DNA from: Blastocatellia bacterium
GTDB lineage: Bacteria > Acidobacteriota > Blastocatellia > RBC074
DNA length: 64,000 nucleotides
Reading direction: 5' to 3'
Assembly: GCA_035275345.1 (NCBI GenBank)
Contig: DATEMY010000298.1
Span: 1,290-65,289, forward strand
Shown: positions 30,227 through 39,070 of the stretch, piece after piece
How positions within the stretch are numbered: the stretch's first letter is position 1
Layout of the letters: each line of letters opens with the position of its first letter
Notes under the pieces: generated by a model
What the model saw: the letters and a program-made list of their open reading frames with translations, nothing else
What the model was told of the DNA's origin: nothing
Database searches by the model: none
Translations under genes and position numbers: made by a program

Positions 30227-31552
30227 GTGGAGATTCTATTTATCATACTTTTGCTGATCGCCAATGGAGTCTTCGCGATGTCGGAGATGGCGATCGTTTC
30301 ATCGCGGCGGGTGCGGTTGCAGCATCGAGCCGAAAAGAACGACATCGGAGCGCGCGCAGCCCTTGAACTGGCCGACGCGCCGGATCGTTTTCTATCGACG
30401 ATTCAGATCGGCATTACGCTGATCGGCATTCTGGCCGGGGCCTTCGGCGGCGCGACTATCTCAAAGCAAATGACGGACCAACTCAGCCGCATTCCCGCGC
30501 TCGCTCCCTACAGCGAAGCCATCAGCCTGGTCGTCGTGGTGGTGGCGATCACTTACCTTTCGTTGGTCGTGGGAGAACTGGTTCCGAAACGGCTGGCGTT
30601 GAACAATCCCGAACAGATCGCTTCGCGAGTCGCCAGGCCGATGCAGTTTCTATCACGTCTGGCTTCGCCCGCAGTGCGCATACTCAGCGCTTCATCCGCT
30701 TTTTTGTTGCGGATGTTGAGGGTCAAACCTCCCGCCCATCCGCCCGTTACCGAAGAAGAGGTCAAAATAATGATTGACCAGGGAATGCAGGCCGGCGTGT
30801 TTGAAGTGGCCGAGCACGATCTGGTGGACAATATTTTTCGCCTGGCCGATCAAAAGATTCCGCAACTGATGACGCCGCGTCCGGATGTCCTCTGGCTCGA
30901 CACCAAATCGCCGGTCGAGGAGATTCGCCAGCAAATTATCAACAGCCCTTACTCTCGAATGCCGGTTTGCGAGGGGACGCTCGATAATGTCCTGGGCGTG
31001 GTCAAGGCCAGAGACCTGTTAGCGAGAATCCTTTCCGGCGAGCCGCTCGATCTGCGCGCTACGCTGCGCCAGCCGCTTTATGTGCCGGAGACCACAACCG
31101 GTTTGCAGTTGCTGGAATTGTTCAAAGGTTCGACGACGCATATTGCTGTGGTCGTTGATGAACACGGCGCGATGGAAGGGCTGGTGACGATGAATGATGT
31201 GCTGGAAGCCATAGTCGGCGGCCTGCCACCACAGCCAGGACAGGCTGAAAGCTACGCCGTCCGGCGAGAGGACGGATCCTGGTTGCTCGACGGCCGATTG
31301 CCCATCGCAGACTTCAAGGAGATATTTTCGCTCGGCAAGCTGCCCAGGGAAGAGGAAGGCGCTTACTATACCCTGGCCGGATTCATCATGACATACCTTG
31401 GTCGATTGCCATCAGCCTCCGATTATTTCGTCTGGAACGACCTTAGAGTCGAAGTCGTGGACATGGATCGCCGACGCGTGGACAAAGTCCTGGTCAACCG
31501 CCTTGAGACAGAGGAAGAGAGACGGGGGGACAGGGGGACAAGGGGACAGTGA
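30227..31552 (+). CDS. CNNM/DUF21-CBS-CorC_HlyC family protein (hemolysin/TlyC-like)
   Basis: Has a DUF21 TM domain (FAMSEMAIVSS...FLSTIQIGITL), a CBS pair and a CorC_HlyC C-terminal domain. A GTG at 30227 gives the canonical N-terminus; the ORF opens at 30197. The last 15 codons lie in a repeat arm. Confidence 0.88.
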   Translation: MEILFIILLLIANGVFAMSEMAIVSSRRVRLQHRAEKNDIGARAALELADAPDRFLSTIQIGITLIGILAGAFGGATISKQMTDQLSRIPALAPYSEAISLVVVVVAITYLSLVVGELVPKRLALNNPEQIASRVARPMQFLSRLASPAVRILSASSAFLLRMLRVKPPAHPPVTEEEVKIMIDQGMQAGVFEVAEHDLVDNIFRLADQKIPQLMTPRPDVLWLDTKSPVEEIRQQIINSPYSRMPVCEGTLDNVLGVVKARDLLARILSGEPLDLRATLRQPLYVPETTTGLQLLELFKGSTTHIAVVVDEHGAMEGLVTMNDVLEAIVGGLPPQPGQAESYAVRREDGSWLLDGRLPIADFKEIFSLGKLPREEEGAYYTLAGFIMTYLGRLPSASDYFVWNDLRVEVVDMDRRRVDKVLVNRLETEEERRGDRGTRGQ

Positions 31553-31630
31553 GACAGAGAGACACAGGGGCTAAGTAACGCTCCGTCTCCCTGTCCCCCC
31601 GTCTCCCTGACCCCCTGTCTCTCCGTCTCT
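31506..31630. repeat. G-rich versus C-rich periodic inverted repeat (GGGGACA / TGTCCCC units)
   Basis: gacggggggacagggggacaaggggacag... faces ccgtctccctgtccccccgtctccctgaccccctgtctc. The arms are complementary in several registers. Confidence 0.65.
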
Positions 31631-31665
31631 TCCGTTATTTCCGTTTGTTCCGTATTCTCTCTTCC
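31630..31665. repeat. solo copy of one arm of the 13381-13479 hairpin
   Basis: ttccgttatttccgtttgttccgtattctctcttcc matches 13447-13480 (ttccgttatttccgtttgttccgtaatctctcttc) with 1 change. Confidence 0.9.
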
Positions 31666-31688
31666 CAATCTCCTACGGAAAAACTCAA

Positions 31689-32543
31689 ATGGCTATCGAG
31701 ATTCGACCTGTCAAAACGCAAGAGGAATATCACGATGTTGAGCGACTCCAGCGCGAAATCTGGGGAGCGCAGGATATAGAGATAATCGGTTTCGAGACGT
31801 TGATGACCGCGCACAAGAATGGCGGCGTGATGCTGGGCGCGTTCGACATTGTTGAAGACCGAGAACAAATGGTCGGTTTCGTCTTCGGCTTTGTCGGCCT
31901 GACGGCGGATGGCCGCGTCAAGCATTGCTCGCACGTCGCGGGCGCGCTGCCGGCATACCGAGACCGGGGCGTAGGTTACGCGCTGAAACTGAGACAGCGC
32001 GAGATAGTATTGGCGCAAGGAATCGATCTGATCACCTGGACTTTCGATCCGCTCGAAAGCCGCAACGCAAGGTTCAACTTCCACAAACTCGGCGCGACCT
32101 GCCGTGTCTACCTGCGAAATTTGTATGGCGCGATGCGTGACGCTATGAACGCCGGATTGCCGAGTGACCGCTTCCAGGTTGATTGGCGTATCGCCGATCC
32201 ACGCGTCGAGGCGAGGCTCTGGGACGAGCGTGTAGACGCGACCCCTCCGTCTCCCTTTTCGTTATTGATGGCTGATGGCGTTCCGACGATCAACCCTCTG
32301 GTCGCGAGCGAGTCGCTTCTTTCATCAGAAGAGGTGGGAACCCTGCCGGAACGGCTGCTCGTTGAAATACCCTCCGATTTTCAAAGTCTCAAAGCCGCCG
32401 ACAAAGATCTGGCGCTGGATTGGCGGTTGCGCACGCGCAATTTATTTGAAGAGACCTTCTCCAAAGGCTATGTCGCGACCGACCTGCTCCTGGACGGCGG
32501 GCGGAGTTATTACCTGCTGGAGAGAGAAAGTGTACTCAGCTAG
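31689..32543 (+). CDS. GNAT-like acetyltransferase family protein (COG3375-like)
   Basis: 284 aa with ...GALPAYRDRGVGYALKLRQREI...ITWTFDPLESRNARFNFHKLG. The family was assigned from memory. Confidence 0.65.
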   Translation: MAIEIRPVKTQEEYHDVERLQREIWGAQDIEIIGFETLMTAHKNGGVMLGAFDIVEDREQMVGFVFGFVGLTADGRVKHCSHVAGALPAYRDRGVGYALKLRQREIVLAQGIDLITWTFDPLESRNARFNFHKLGATCRVYLRNLYGAMRDAMNAGLPSDRFQVDWRIADPRVEARLWDERVDATPPSPFSLLMADGVPTINPLVASESLLSSEEVGTLPERLLVEIPSDFQSLKAADKDLALDWRLRTRNLFEETFSKGYVATDLLLDGGRSYYLLERESVLS

Positions 32544-32624
32544 GGCGATTGGCGATTCAACCGCCATCCGCTCTAAATCAAAATAGGAAAAATTGGCCCA
32601 CCGAATGAAACTGCAGAATTGCCT

Positions 32625-32845
32625 GACGGCGTATAGAGTACCGCCTTTAGGCCAATGGCGTTAAGTTAAGCCTTGGGGGCTGGATTTCCTTGACCATTTC
32701 GCATCGCCCATTGCCAATTGACTTGCAGAGAAGAGTTGGGGATAGACCTCACTGCAAAACAATGGGCAATGTGAAATTGGCAATGGGCAATGTTCTTGTC
32801 CTAACTTAACCTCATTGGCCTAAAGGCGGTACTCTATACGCCGTC
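32625..32845. mobile_element. 221-bp MITE-like element or long structured hairpin with perfect 33-bp terminal inverted repeats
   Basis: Segment 32625-32657 (gacggcgtatagagtaccgcctttaggccaatg) is the exact reverse complement of 32813-32845. Inner complementary pairs are gttaagtta/taacttaac and cccattgccaattg/caattggcaatggg. It has no coding capacity. Confidence 0.55.
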
Positions 32846-33341
32846 CGCTGAAGCCACAGTTCCTTTGGAATGCGCCAATCCCGGCTGTTCTGATTTAGGT
32901 TACCAATTGGCCTTTTAGCGAAGAGATCAAGAGGGTTTTGCGGGCGTTCGAGTCGCTCATCACCGGCAGCAAAATGCTGTTTTCGGCCGGTTCTTCTGAG
33001 CGTTGGCTTCATTGTTCTCGGAGGCCACATGTAACGTCAAGAACAGAGTCCATTCAGGCGGCCGAATCTGTGGCAGGCGCGAGAGTATCAAAACTATTAA
33101 TTCGTCAGCAAGGCTTTTGTCGAGACTCCACGGAAAGAGTAGCGCAACCTGCCGAGCATTGGTTTCTACACAAATTTCAGTCCTCGGAGCGGACGACAGA
33201 GTAAAGCCCAGAGTGGATCGCCTGCTCAGAGAGTCTTCGGAACTTGTATAGATGCCAATGCTCGGCAAGTTGCGCTACGCTTCTCCCCTCTGTGCTCGCT
33301 GTGCTCTCTGTGGCTGATGTTCCTAAGTAGTGTGGTCTGAT

Positions 33342-33884
33342 TTAGTGAGGAACTATTTCACCGCCGCGCTTACGCCATTCGTCTTCGATCAGCGTGGCTT
33401 CTTCATCATTGTGTGGGACCACGCCTATCAGGATGCCGCCTTCTCCGATCATCCGTTCGAGTTCTTGAATTTTTTCCTCTGGGATGCTGGCGCCGTAAAG
33501 CGCGCCGAGCGCGCCGCCGACCATTCCGCCCGCGCCTGCCAATGACGCCGCCAGGGGCCCGGCGACAGCCAGACCCAATCCGGGGATGATTACCACCGCG
33601 CCGACAGCCGCGATTGCGCCTAATGTGGCGCCCAGTCCGCCGCCGATGGCCGCGCCGGTTTCGAGCCCTTTCACTGAAGCATCTTCGGTGGCCTCTAGTT
33701 TAGCCTGCTCCGGGTAATGGTACTTATGCCGCGTTTCTTCCGACATCAGCAGGTGGACCTCATCGCTGCTGTAACCATAGTCCAACAGCCATGCATACGC
33801 CGAATCAGCGTCCTCTATCTTTTTGAAAAGCGCTGTCTCTGACCGCGGGTTCGCCGCCATTGATGTCGAATAAGATGCCGCCAT
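33342..33884 (-). CDS. glycine-zipper membrane / general-stress-like protein
   Basis: 180 aa with a central Gly/Ala zipper (GAAIGGGLGATLGAIAAVGAVVIIPGLGLAVAGPLAASLAGAGGMVGGALGALYG) flanked by soluble domains. Confidence 0.5.
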   Translation of the reverse strand: MAASYSTSMAANPRSETALFKKIEDADSAYAWLLDYGYSSDEVHLLMSEETRHKYHYPEQAKLEATEDASVKGLETGAAIGGGLGATLGAIAAVGAVVIIPGLGLAVAGPLAASLAGAGGMVGGALGALYGASIPEEKIQELERMIGEGGILIGVVPHNDEEATLIEDEWRKRGGEIVPH

Positions 33885-33908
33885 TTTCTACCTCCGTTTA
33901 CAGCATTG

Positions 33909-33957
33909 CGCGCGTAAGCAATCGTCGCCTCACGGCGTGGCCGCTTGCTTACGCGCG
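33909..33957. repeat. 13-bp-stem hairpin (CGCGCGTAAGCAA core)
   Basis: cgcgcgtaagcaa (33909-33921) pairs with ttgcttacgcgcg (33945-33957). Confidence 0.8.
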
Positions 33958-34064
33958 GCTATCTACCATCCACAAAATGTAATCTGCAACTCCCATACCA
34001 TTGACACAAGTTACCGGTAACAGAGATGATGATCGGACTCTCATCTAAATCAGAACACGTGAGG

Positions 34065-34142
34065 CCGGTACAGTACCGCGCGCATAAGCAAGCGGCCGTC
34101 TCATCGGTCAGCCGCTTGCTTACGCGCGCGGTGCTGTACTGG
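34065..34142. repeat. 32-nt-arm hairpin sharing the GCGCGYATAAGCAAGCGGC core
   Basis: ccggtacagtaccgcgcgcataagcaagcggc (34065-34096) faces gccgcttgcttacgcgcgcggtgctgtactgg (34111-34142), with 2-3 mismatches. Confidence 0.85.
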
Positions 34143-34230
34143 TGTCCCAATGTTGCCTGGTTCGATTTAGGTCAACGACGACTCAATAAAAAGACTTGCC
34201 GGTCAAATAGGCCGGTTGAATAAAATTGAT

Positions 34231-37134
34231 ATGAGGAAAATATCAATGTCAGATACGAGCAGACTGATCAAAATCGCGCTAGCCTTCGCGCTCCTCTCCG
34301 GCCTGGCCGTCTCGCGGGCGACTGCGGCGTGGGGGAGAATCGAACGCGCCGAGTCGCAGGCGCCCGTTCAAGCCGGCGCGATGGAGGAATTTTTTGAGAA
34401 GAAGATTCGCCCGATCTTTGCAAATAGTTGCCAGCGTTGCCACAACTCCAAGGCTAAGGTCGCCGGATTGGACCTGACTACCGCCGAAGCGTTCCGGCGC
34501 GGCGGCGACAACGGCCCGCTTATCAACAGAGAGAAACCGGAAGAGAGCCGTCTGCTCAAGGTCATCGGCTATGACGGCGAGATAAAGATGCCGCCTTCGG
34601 GCAAATTGAAAGATCATGAGATTACCGCGCTGGCCGAGTGGGTGAAGATGGGCGCGCCATGGCCTGGCGCAGTTCCACAAGCGGCTCCAGAAAGCGGGTC
34701 GAAGAATCCGACCGCCAGATCGTTCACCGAAGAGGAGAAGGGGTTCTGGGCATATCAACCTGTTAAAGACGCCGCGCCGCCACAAGTGAAGGACGAAGCG
34801 TGGGCGCAATCGCCGATTGACCGCTTCATTTTGCAAAAGCTGGAGGAAAAGAAACTCAAGCCCGCTCCGCCCGCCGACAAGCTGACGCTCCTTCGGCGAG
34901 CGACATTTGACTTGACCGGGCTGCCGCCAACTGAAGCGGAGATGCGCGATTTTCTCGCTGATCAATCTTCGGACGCGTTCAAAAAAGTAGTCGAGCGTTT
35001 GCTCGCCAGTCCTCGATATGGCGAACGCTGGGGAAGGCACTGGTTGGACGTTGCGCGTTACGCCGATTCGACCGGCAACGATGAAGATCACCGCTACCCT
35101 TACGCCTGGAAATACCGCGATTACGTCATCGAATCGTTCAACGCCGGCCTGCCTTACGATCAATTCATTCGCGAACAGGTGGCGGGCGACCTGTTTCCCG
35201 CGCCCGGGTCCGCCAGTGGCGCCGGAGAAGTCAACCGCCGAGGCGTCATCGCCACCGGCTTTCTGGCGTTAGGGCCGAAAGCCATCGCGCAACAGGACAA
35301 GAAGAAGATGCTTTACGATGTCTACGATGAACAGGTCGACGTCACTACCAGAGCGTTTCTCGGCTTGACTGTTTCCTGCGCTCGTTGCCACGACCACAAA
35401 TTCGATCCGATCCTGACCAAGGATTACTACGCGATGATCGGGATGTTCGCCTCGACGCGCAGCTTCACCAACCCCGATTCACATGTCTCTGACGTGCTCG
35501 AAAAACCGCTCGTGCCCAGGGAAGAATTCGAACGATACAAATCCGCTAGGAAAGCGCATCAGGCGAAAGAGATCCGTGTCAGAGTCGCAATTGAAGAGAT
35601 TGTGGACGATGTGAAAGAGAGCGCGGTTAAACAGCATTTGCCCCGTCTAGCCGATTATTTCCTGGCCGCGCGCAAAGTTTATAAGGACGGCGCTACATTA
35701 TTCGACGCTGCGCGCCAGCCGGAATTGAACGAGGAGGCGTTGAAGCGCTGGGTTGATTTCCTGAAGCCGGGCCCCGAAGTCCGCGGCTATCTGAACGAAT
35801 GGAACGCCGCATCGCCCGAAAAGCTCGCCGCGACCGCGCAAACCTATCAGGAGCTCTTCCAGAAGCGTTTCGCCGAGTGGCAAGAGAAGATCGGCAAGTG
35901 GCGCGCAGAATATCGAAAGGCTCAGGCCGAGAATAAACCTCTTCCCGACAAACCCAAATTCGAGCCGGGCGATGATCGGTTCTTCAACGACGTCTATTTT
36001 GCGGGCGGGCCTTTGGCAGTGGGTGAGAAGGACCAGAATCGTTTTGCGACCGGACAATGGTCGCGGCTTGCCGAGCTTCGCAAGGAGCTAGCGGAGTTGA
36101 AGGCGTCCGCCCCCAAGGAGCCCGAAATGGCCTGCGCGATTGAAGACGGCGACGTGATGGAGCAGAAGGTCTTCGTCCGAGGCGATTACAACAACCCTGG
36201 CGAACCCGCGCCTAAAGCGTTCCCGGCGATCCTCGCGCGATTCGACACTAAGCCGTCATTCACAGGCAGCGGACGATTGCAGCTTGCCGAATGGCTCACG
36301 CAGCCGCGTCATCCGTTGACCGCGCGCGTGATGGTCAATCGTATATGGCAATGGCATTTCAGCGATGGACTGGTCCGCACGCCGGACAATTTCGGCAAGA
36401 TGGGTGAGCGGCCCACGCACCCCGAACTGCTCGATTATCTGGCTACGCAGTTCGTCAAAAACGGGTGGTCAATGAAGACGATCAGCCGGATGATCATGCT
36501 GTCGAGCGCTTACCAGATGGCGTCGGTCAATCCGAACATCGCTGAAGACGCCGATCCGGACAATCGCTTGTTGACGCGTTTCAACCGCCGCCGCCTTTCG
36601 ATCGAAGAAATGCGGGACGGTTTGCTGGCGATCGACGGGACGCTCGACCTGGCGATGGGCGGGACGCTGCAAACCGGGCGCGGCACCGATGGGGAGAACA
36701 ATCAGGGCAGGCTGAGCCTCAACCCCGAAAAGCTGAAACGCCGCACGGTTTACTTGCCGCTGCGACGAGCGAATCTGCCAACGCTCTTGAACCTCTTCGA
36801 TTTCGGCGACGCGACCACGACCTCGGGCAAACGCCAGTTGACGAATGTGGCGACGCAGGCGCTCTTCTGGCTCAATAGCGAATTCCTTAACGAACGCGCG
36901 CAGAGCGTTGCGGGATCGTTGCTGGCGCAAAAGGAATTGAGCGATGCGGCGCGAGTCGAGATTGCGTACGCGCGCATCCTCAATCGCAATCCGGGCAAGG
37001 ATGAAGTTGATCAGGCAGTGAACTATGTCGCCGGCTTCAAACAGAAGTTCGCGGGCGAAAAAGCCGATCAGAAGGCGTGGCAGAGCTTGTGCCGCGTTCT
37101 GATGTCGTCGAATGATTTCGTTTATGTTGACTGA
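34231..37134 (+). CDS. PSCyt1/DUF1549/DUF1553 domain protein
   Basis: Has CQRCHNSKAKVAGLDLTT (CxxCH), DUF1549-type GERWGRHWLDVARYADS and DUF1553-type CARCHDHKFDPI, plus a signal peptide. Possible starts are 34216, 34231 or 34246. Confidence 0.9.
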   Translation: MRKISMSDTSRLIKIALAFALLSGLAVSRATAAWGRIERAESQAPVQAGAMEEFFEKKIRPIFANSCQRCHNSKAKVAGLDLTTAEAFRRGGDNGPLINREKPEESRLLKVIGYDGEIKMPPSGKLKDHEITALAEWVKMGAPWPGAVPQAAPESGSKNPTARSFTEEEKGFWAYQPVKDAAPPQVKDEAWAQSPIDRFILQKLEEKKLKPAPPADKLTLLRRATFDLTGLPPTEAEMRDFLADQSSDAFKKVVERLLASPRYGERWGRHWLDVARYADSTGNDEDHRYPYAWKYRDYVIESFNAGLPYDQFIREQVAGDLFPAPGSASGAGEVNRRGVIATGFLALGPKAIAQQDKKKMLYDVYDEQVDVTTRAFLGLTVSCARCHDHKFDPILTKDYYAMIGMFASTRSFTNPDSHVSDVLEKPLVPREEFERYKSARKAHQAKEIRVRVAIEEIVDDVKESAVKQHLPRLADYFLAARKVYKDGATLFDAARQPELNEEALKRWVDFLKPGPEVRGYLNEWNAASPEKLAATAQTYQELFQKRFAEWQEKIGKWRAEYRKAQAENKPLPDKPKFEPGDDRFFNDVYFAGGPLAVGEKDQNRFATGQWSRLAELRKELAELKASAPKEPEMACAIEDGDVMEQKVFVRGDYNNPGEPAPKAFPAILARFDTKPSFTGSGRLQLAEWLTQPRHPLTARVMVNRIWQWHFSDGLVRTPDNFGKMGERPTHPELLDYLATQFVKNGWSMKTISRMIMLSSAYQMASVNPNIAEDADPDNRLLTRFNRRRLSIEEMRDGLLAIDGTLDLAMGGTLQTGRGTDGENNQGRLSLNPEKLKRRTVYLPLRRANLPTLLNLFDFGDATTTSGKRQLTNVATQALFWLNSEFLNERAQSVAGSLLAQKELSDAARVEIAYARILNRNPGKDEVDQAVNYVAGFKQKFAGEKADQKAWQSLCRVLMSSNDFVYVD

Positions 37135-37144
37135 AAGCCTGTTC

Positions 37145-37234
37145 AGGAGGTACACGGATTTAACGGATCGCTACGGATCGTCACAGATCAATCCGTGGAA
37201 ATCCGTAGCGATCCGTTAAATCCGTGTACCTCCT
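37145..37234. repeat. perfect 34-bp-stem hairpin with periodic arms (ACGGATYN units)
   Basis: Segment 37145-37178 (aggaggtacacggatttaacggatcgctacggat) is the exact reverse complement of 37201-37234. Confidence 0.95.
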
Positions 37235-37270
37235 TGTCTAACTTTACGCAGGCTGCCTATCGTAAAAAAT

Positions 37271-38716
37271 ATGAACCGAATTCAACACCTCTATCAAAAG
37301 CTTGAAAAGCCAGTGTCACGCCGCTCGTGGTTGCGCGCCGCCGGATGCGGTTTCGGCTATCTAAGTCTGTCGGCGTTGCTGGCCGATGAATTCAAGGCGC
37401 TGGCCGCGGCGCAGGATAACCCGCTCACCGTCCGCCAGCCGCATTTCGAACCGAAAGCCAAGCGCGTGATCTTTCTGTTCATGCACGGCGGCCCGTCTTC
37501 GATTGACACATTCGATCCGAAAGAACGCCTGTCGCGCGACCACGGCAAGCCGTTGCCCATTAAACGACCGCTCGCTTTCGCCGACGGCCCCGTCGGACCT
37601 TTGATGAAACCGCTATGGGAGTTCAAGCCCGGCGGCAAGAGCGGCATACCGGTCAGCGACCTCTTCCCGCATATGCGTGAATGCGCGGATGACCTGTGCG
37701 TCATTCGTTCGATGGTGGGCGAAGGCGTGGATCACGGCGCGGCGTTGTTGCAGACCTTCACCGGCACTTCGACATTCATCCGCCCGAGCATAGGGTCGTG
37801 GGTGGTTTACGGACTGGGGACCGAGAATCAAAACCTGCCCGGTTACATCACGATCAAACCTGCGCTCTCGCACGGCGGCGCGAAGAACTGGTCGTCGGCG
37901 TTCCTGCCCGGCGTTTACCAGGGCACGGCCATCGGGAATTCTGGGCTGAAAGTGGACGATATCAAGAACGAGCCGATTGAATACCTGCTCGGCAAACACT
38001 TCTCGCCCGATGAGCAGCGCTACGAACTGGAGATGCTGCGGAACATCAACAACCGTCACAAAGCCCTGCGCAAGCAGGACGGGCAACTCGAAGCTCGCAT
38101 CCAGGCCTTTGAGTTGGCGTTCCGCATGCAGGCGCAGGCGCCGGAAGCCTTTCAGGTCGAGAAAGAGTCCGAAGCGACGAAGAAACTTTATGGGCTGGAT
38201 GATCCAATCACACAGGATTTCGCCTGGCAATGCATCCTGGCCCGCCGCCTGGCGGAACGCGACGTGCGTTACGTCCAATGCACGCACAGCTACAAATGGG
38301 ATCAGCACAGCGACCTCTACAACCTCCACACCAAGAACGCCCGCGAAGTCGACAAGCCCATCGCCGGGCTTCTGAAAGACCTCAAAGCGCGCGGTCTGTT
38401 GAAAGACACGCTGGTCATCTGGGCCGGCGAATTCGGGCGAACGCCGGTCAGCGAGAGTGGCGACGGACGCGACCACAACCCTTACGGCTATTCGATCTGG
38501 ATGGCCGGCGGCGGCCTCAAAGCCGGATTCGTCTACGGCGCTACAGACGACATCGGCTACCACGCCGTCGAAGACCGCATGCATATCCACGATTTCCATG
38601 CGACCGTGCTGCATCTGCTCGGACTCGATCACGAGCGATTGACCTACCGGTACAGCGGGCGCGATTTCCGGCTGACTGATGTGGCCGGAGTTGTGGCGAA
38701 GAAAATCATCGCATAA
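37271..38716 (+). CDS. DUF1501 (sulfatase-fold) protein with Tat-type signal
   Basis: 481 aa with SRRSWLRAAG, FLFMHGGPSSIDTFDPK, GEFGRTP and [10 protein letters not shown]. Confidence 0.9.
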   Translation: MNRIQHLYQKLEKPVSRRSWLRAAGCGFGYLSLSALLADEFKALAAAQDNPLTVRQPHFEPKAKRVIFLFMHGGPSSIDTFDPKERLSRDHGKPLPIKRPLAFADGPVGPLMKPLWEFKPGGKSGIPVSDLFPHMRECADDLCVIRSMVGEGVDHGAALLQTFTGTSTFIRPSIGSWVVYGLGTENQNLPGYITIKPALSHGGAKNWSSAFLPGVYQGTAIGNSGLKVDDIKNEPIEYLLGKHFSPDEQRYELEMLRNINNRHKALRKQDGQLEARIQAFELAFRMQAQAPEAFQVEKESEATKKLYGLDDPITQDFAWQCILARRLAERDVRYVQCTHSYKWDQHSDLYNLHTKNAREVDKPIAGLLKDLKARGLLKDTLVIWAGEFGRTPVSESGDGRDHNPYGYSIWMAGGGLKAGFVYGATDDIGYHAVEDRMHIHDFHATVLHLLGLDHERLTYRYSGRDFRLTDVAGVVAKKIIA

Positions 38717-38791
38717 GTGGGCTGAGAGCGCAGCGACTGCGGAATACGCGAACGCGAAGTGAGAGCAATGAAAACAGCGGTCACGGAGCGG

Positions 38792-39070
38792 ATGATGGAT
38801 GTTGGTTTTGTTTGGGACGAAACAAAATATCAGACTGTTATCAAGCAGCATAACGTCAATTTTTACGAGGTTGTCGCCGCTTTTGACGACCCTGCCGGAT
38901 ACGAAGCGCCAGGGCTGGCTGAACACGAAGATCGCTGGCTATGGATAGGCCGGACACCCTGGGATCGTTTGCTGATGATTGTGTATACTGATCAAGACTT
39001 ACCGTTGCTTCGAATTATCACCGCGTTTGACGCGGAAGGGAGATGGGTTGATGAATACTATGGAAGATGA
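38792..39070 (+). CDS. brnT: BrnT-family (DUF497) toxin
   Basis: Reads FVWDETKYQTVIKQHNVNFYEVVAAFDDP...RLLMIVYT...LRIITAFDAEGRWVDEY. ATG 38792 follows GGAG; the ORF opens at 38759. Confidence 0.72.
   Translation: MMDVGFVWDETKYQTVIKQHNVNFYEVVAAFDDPAGYEAPGLAEHEDRWLWIGRTPWDRLLMIVYTDQDLPLLRIITAFDAEGRWVDEYYGR

Noticed and set aside
31635-32084. A 149-aa minus-strand ORF overlapping the GNAT-like gene.
   Set aside because: The plus-strand 284-aa ORF has a coherent GNAT-like sequence and a start right after the repeat. The minus-strand ORF begins inside the repeat.
32900-34172. A recurring CTGATTTAG motif (about 32900, 33338 and 34043 on the reverse strand, with a variant at 34163) as a regulatory signal.
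   Set aside because: It is only 9 nt long and one copy is simply the stop-codon region of the 33342 gene. Three or four hits are not convincing without genome-wide statistics.
34155-34175. A tRNA-like 'ggttcgatttagg' string. More generally, any tRNA, rRNA, tmRNA or RNase P gene in the window.
   Set aside because: There is no flanking acceptor or anticodon arm complementarity, and I saw no GGTTCGAATCC-type T-loop anywhere in the window. I cannot exclude small ncRNAs without a covariance-model scan.
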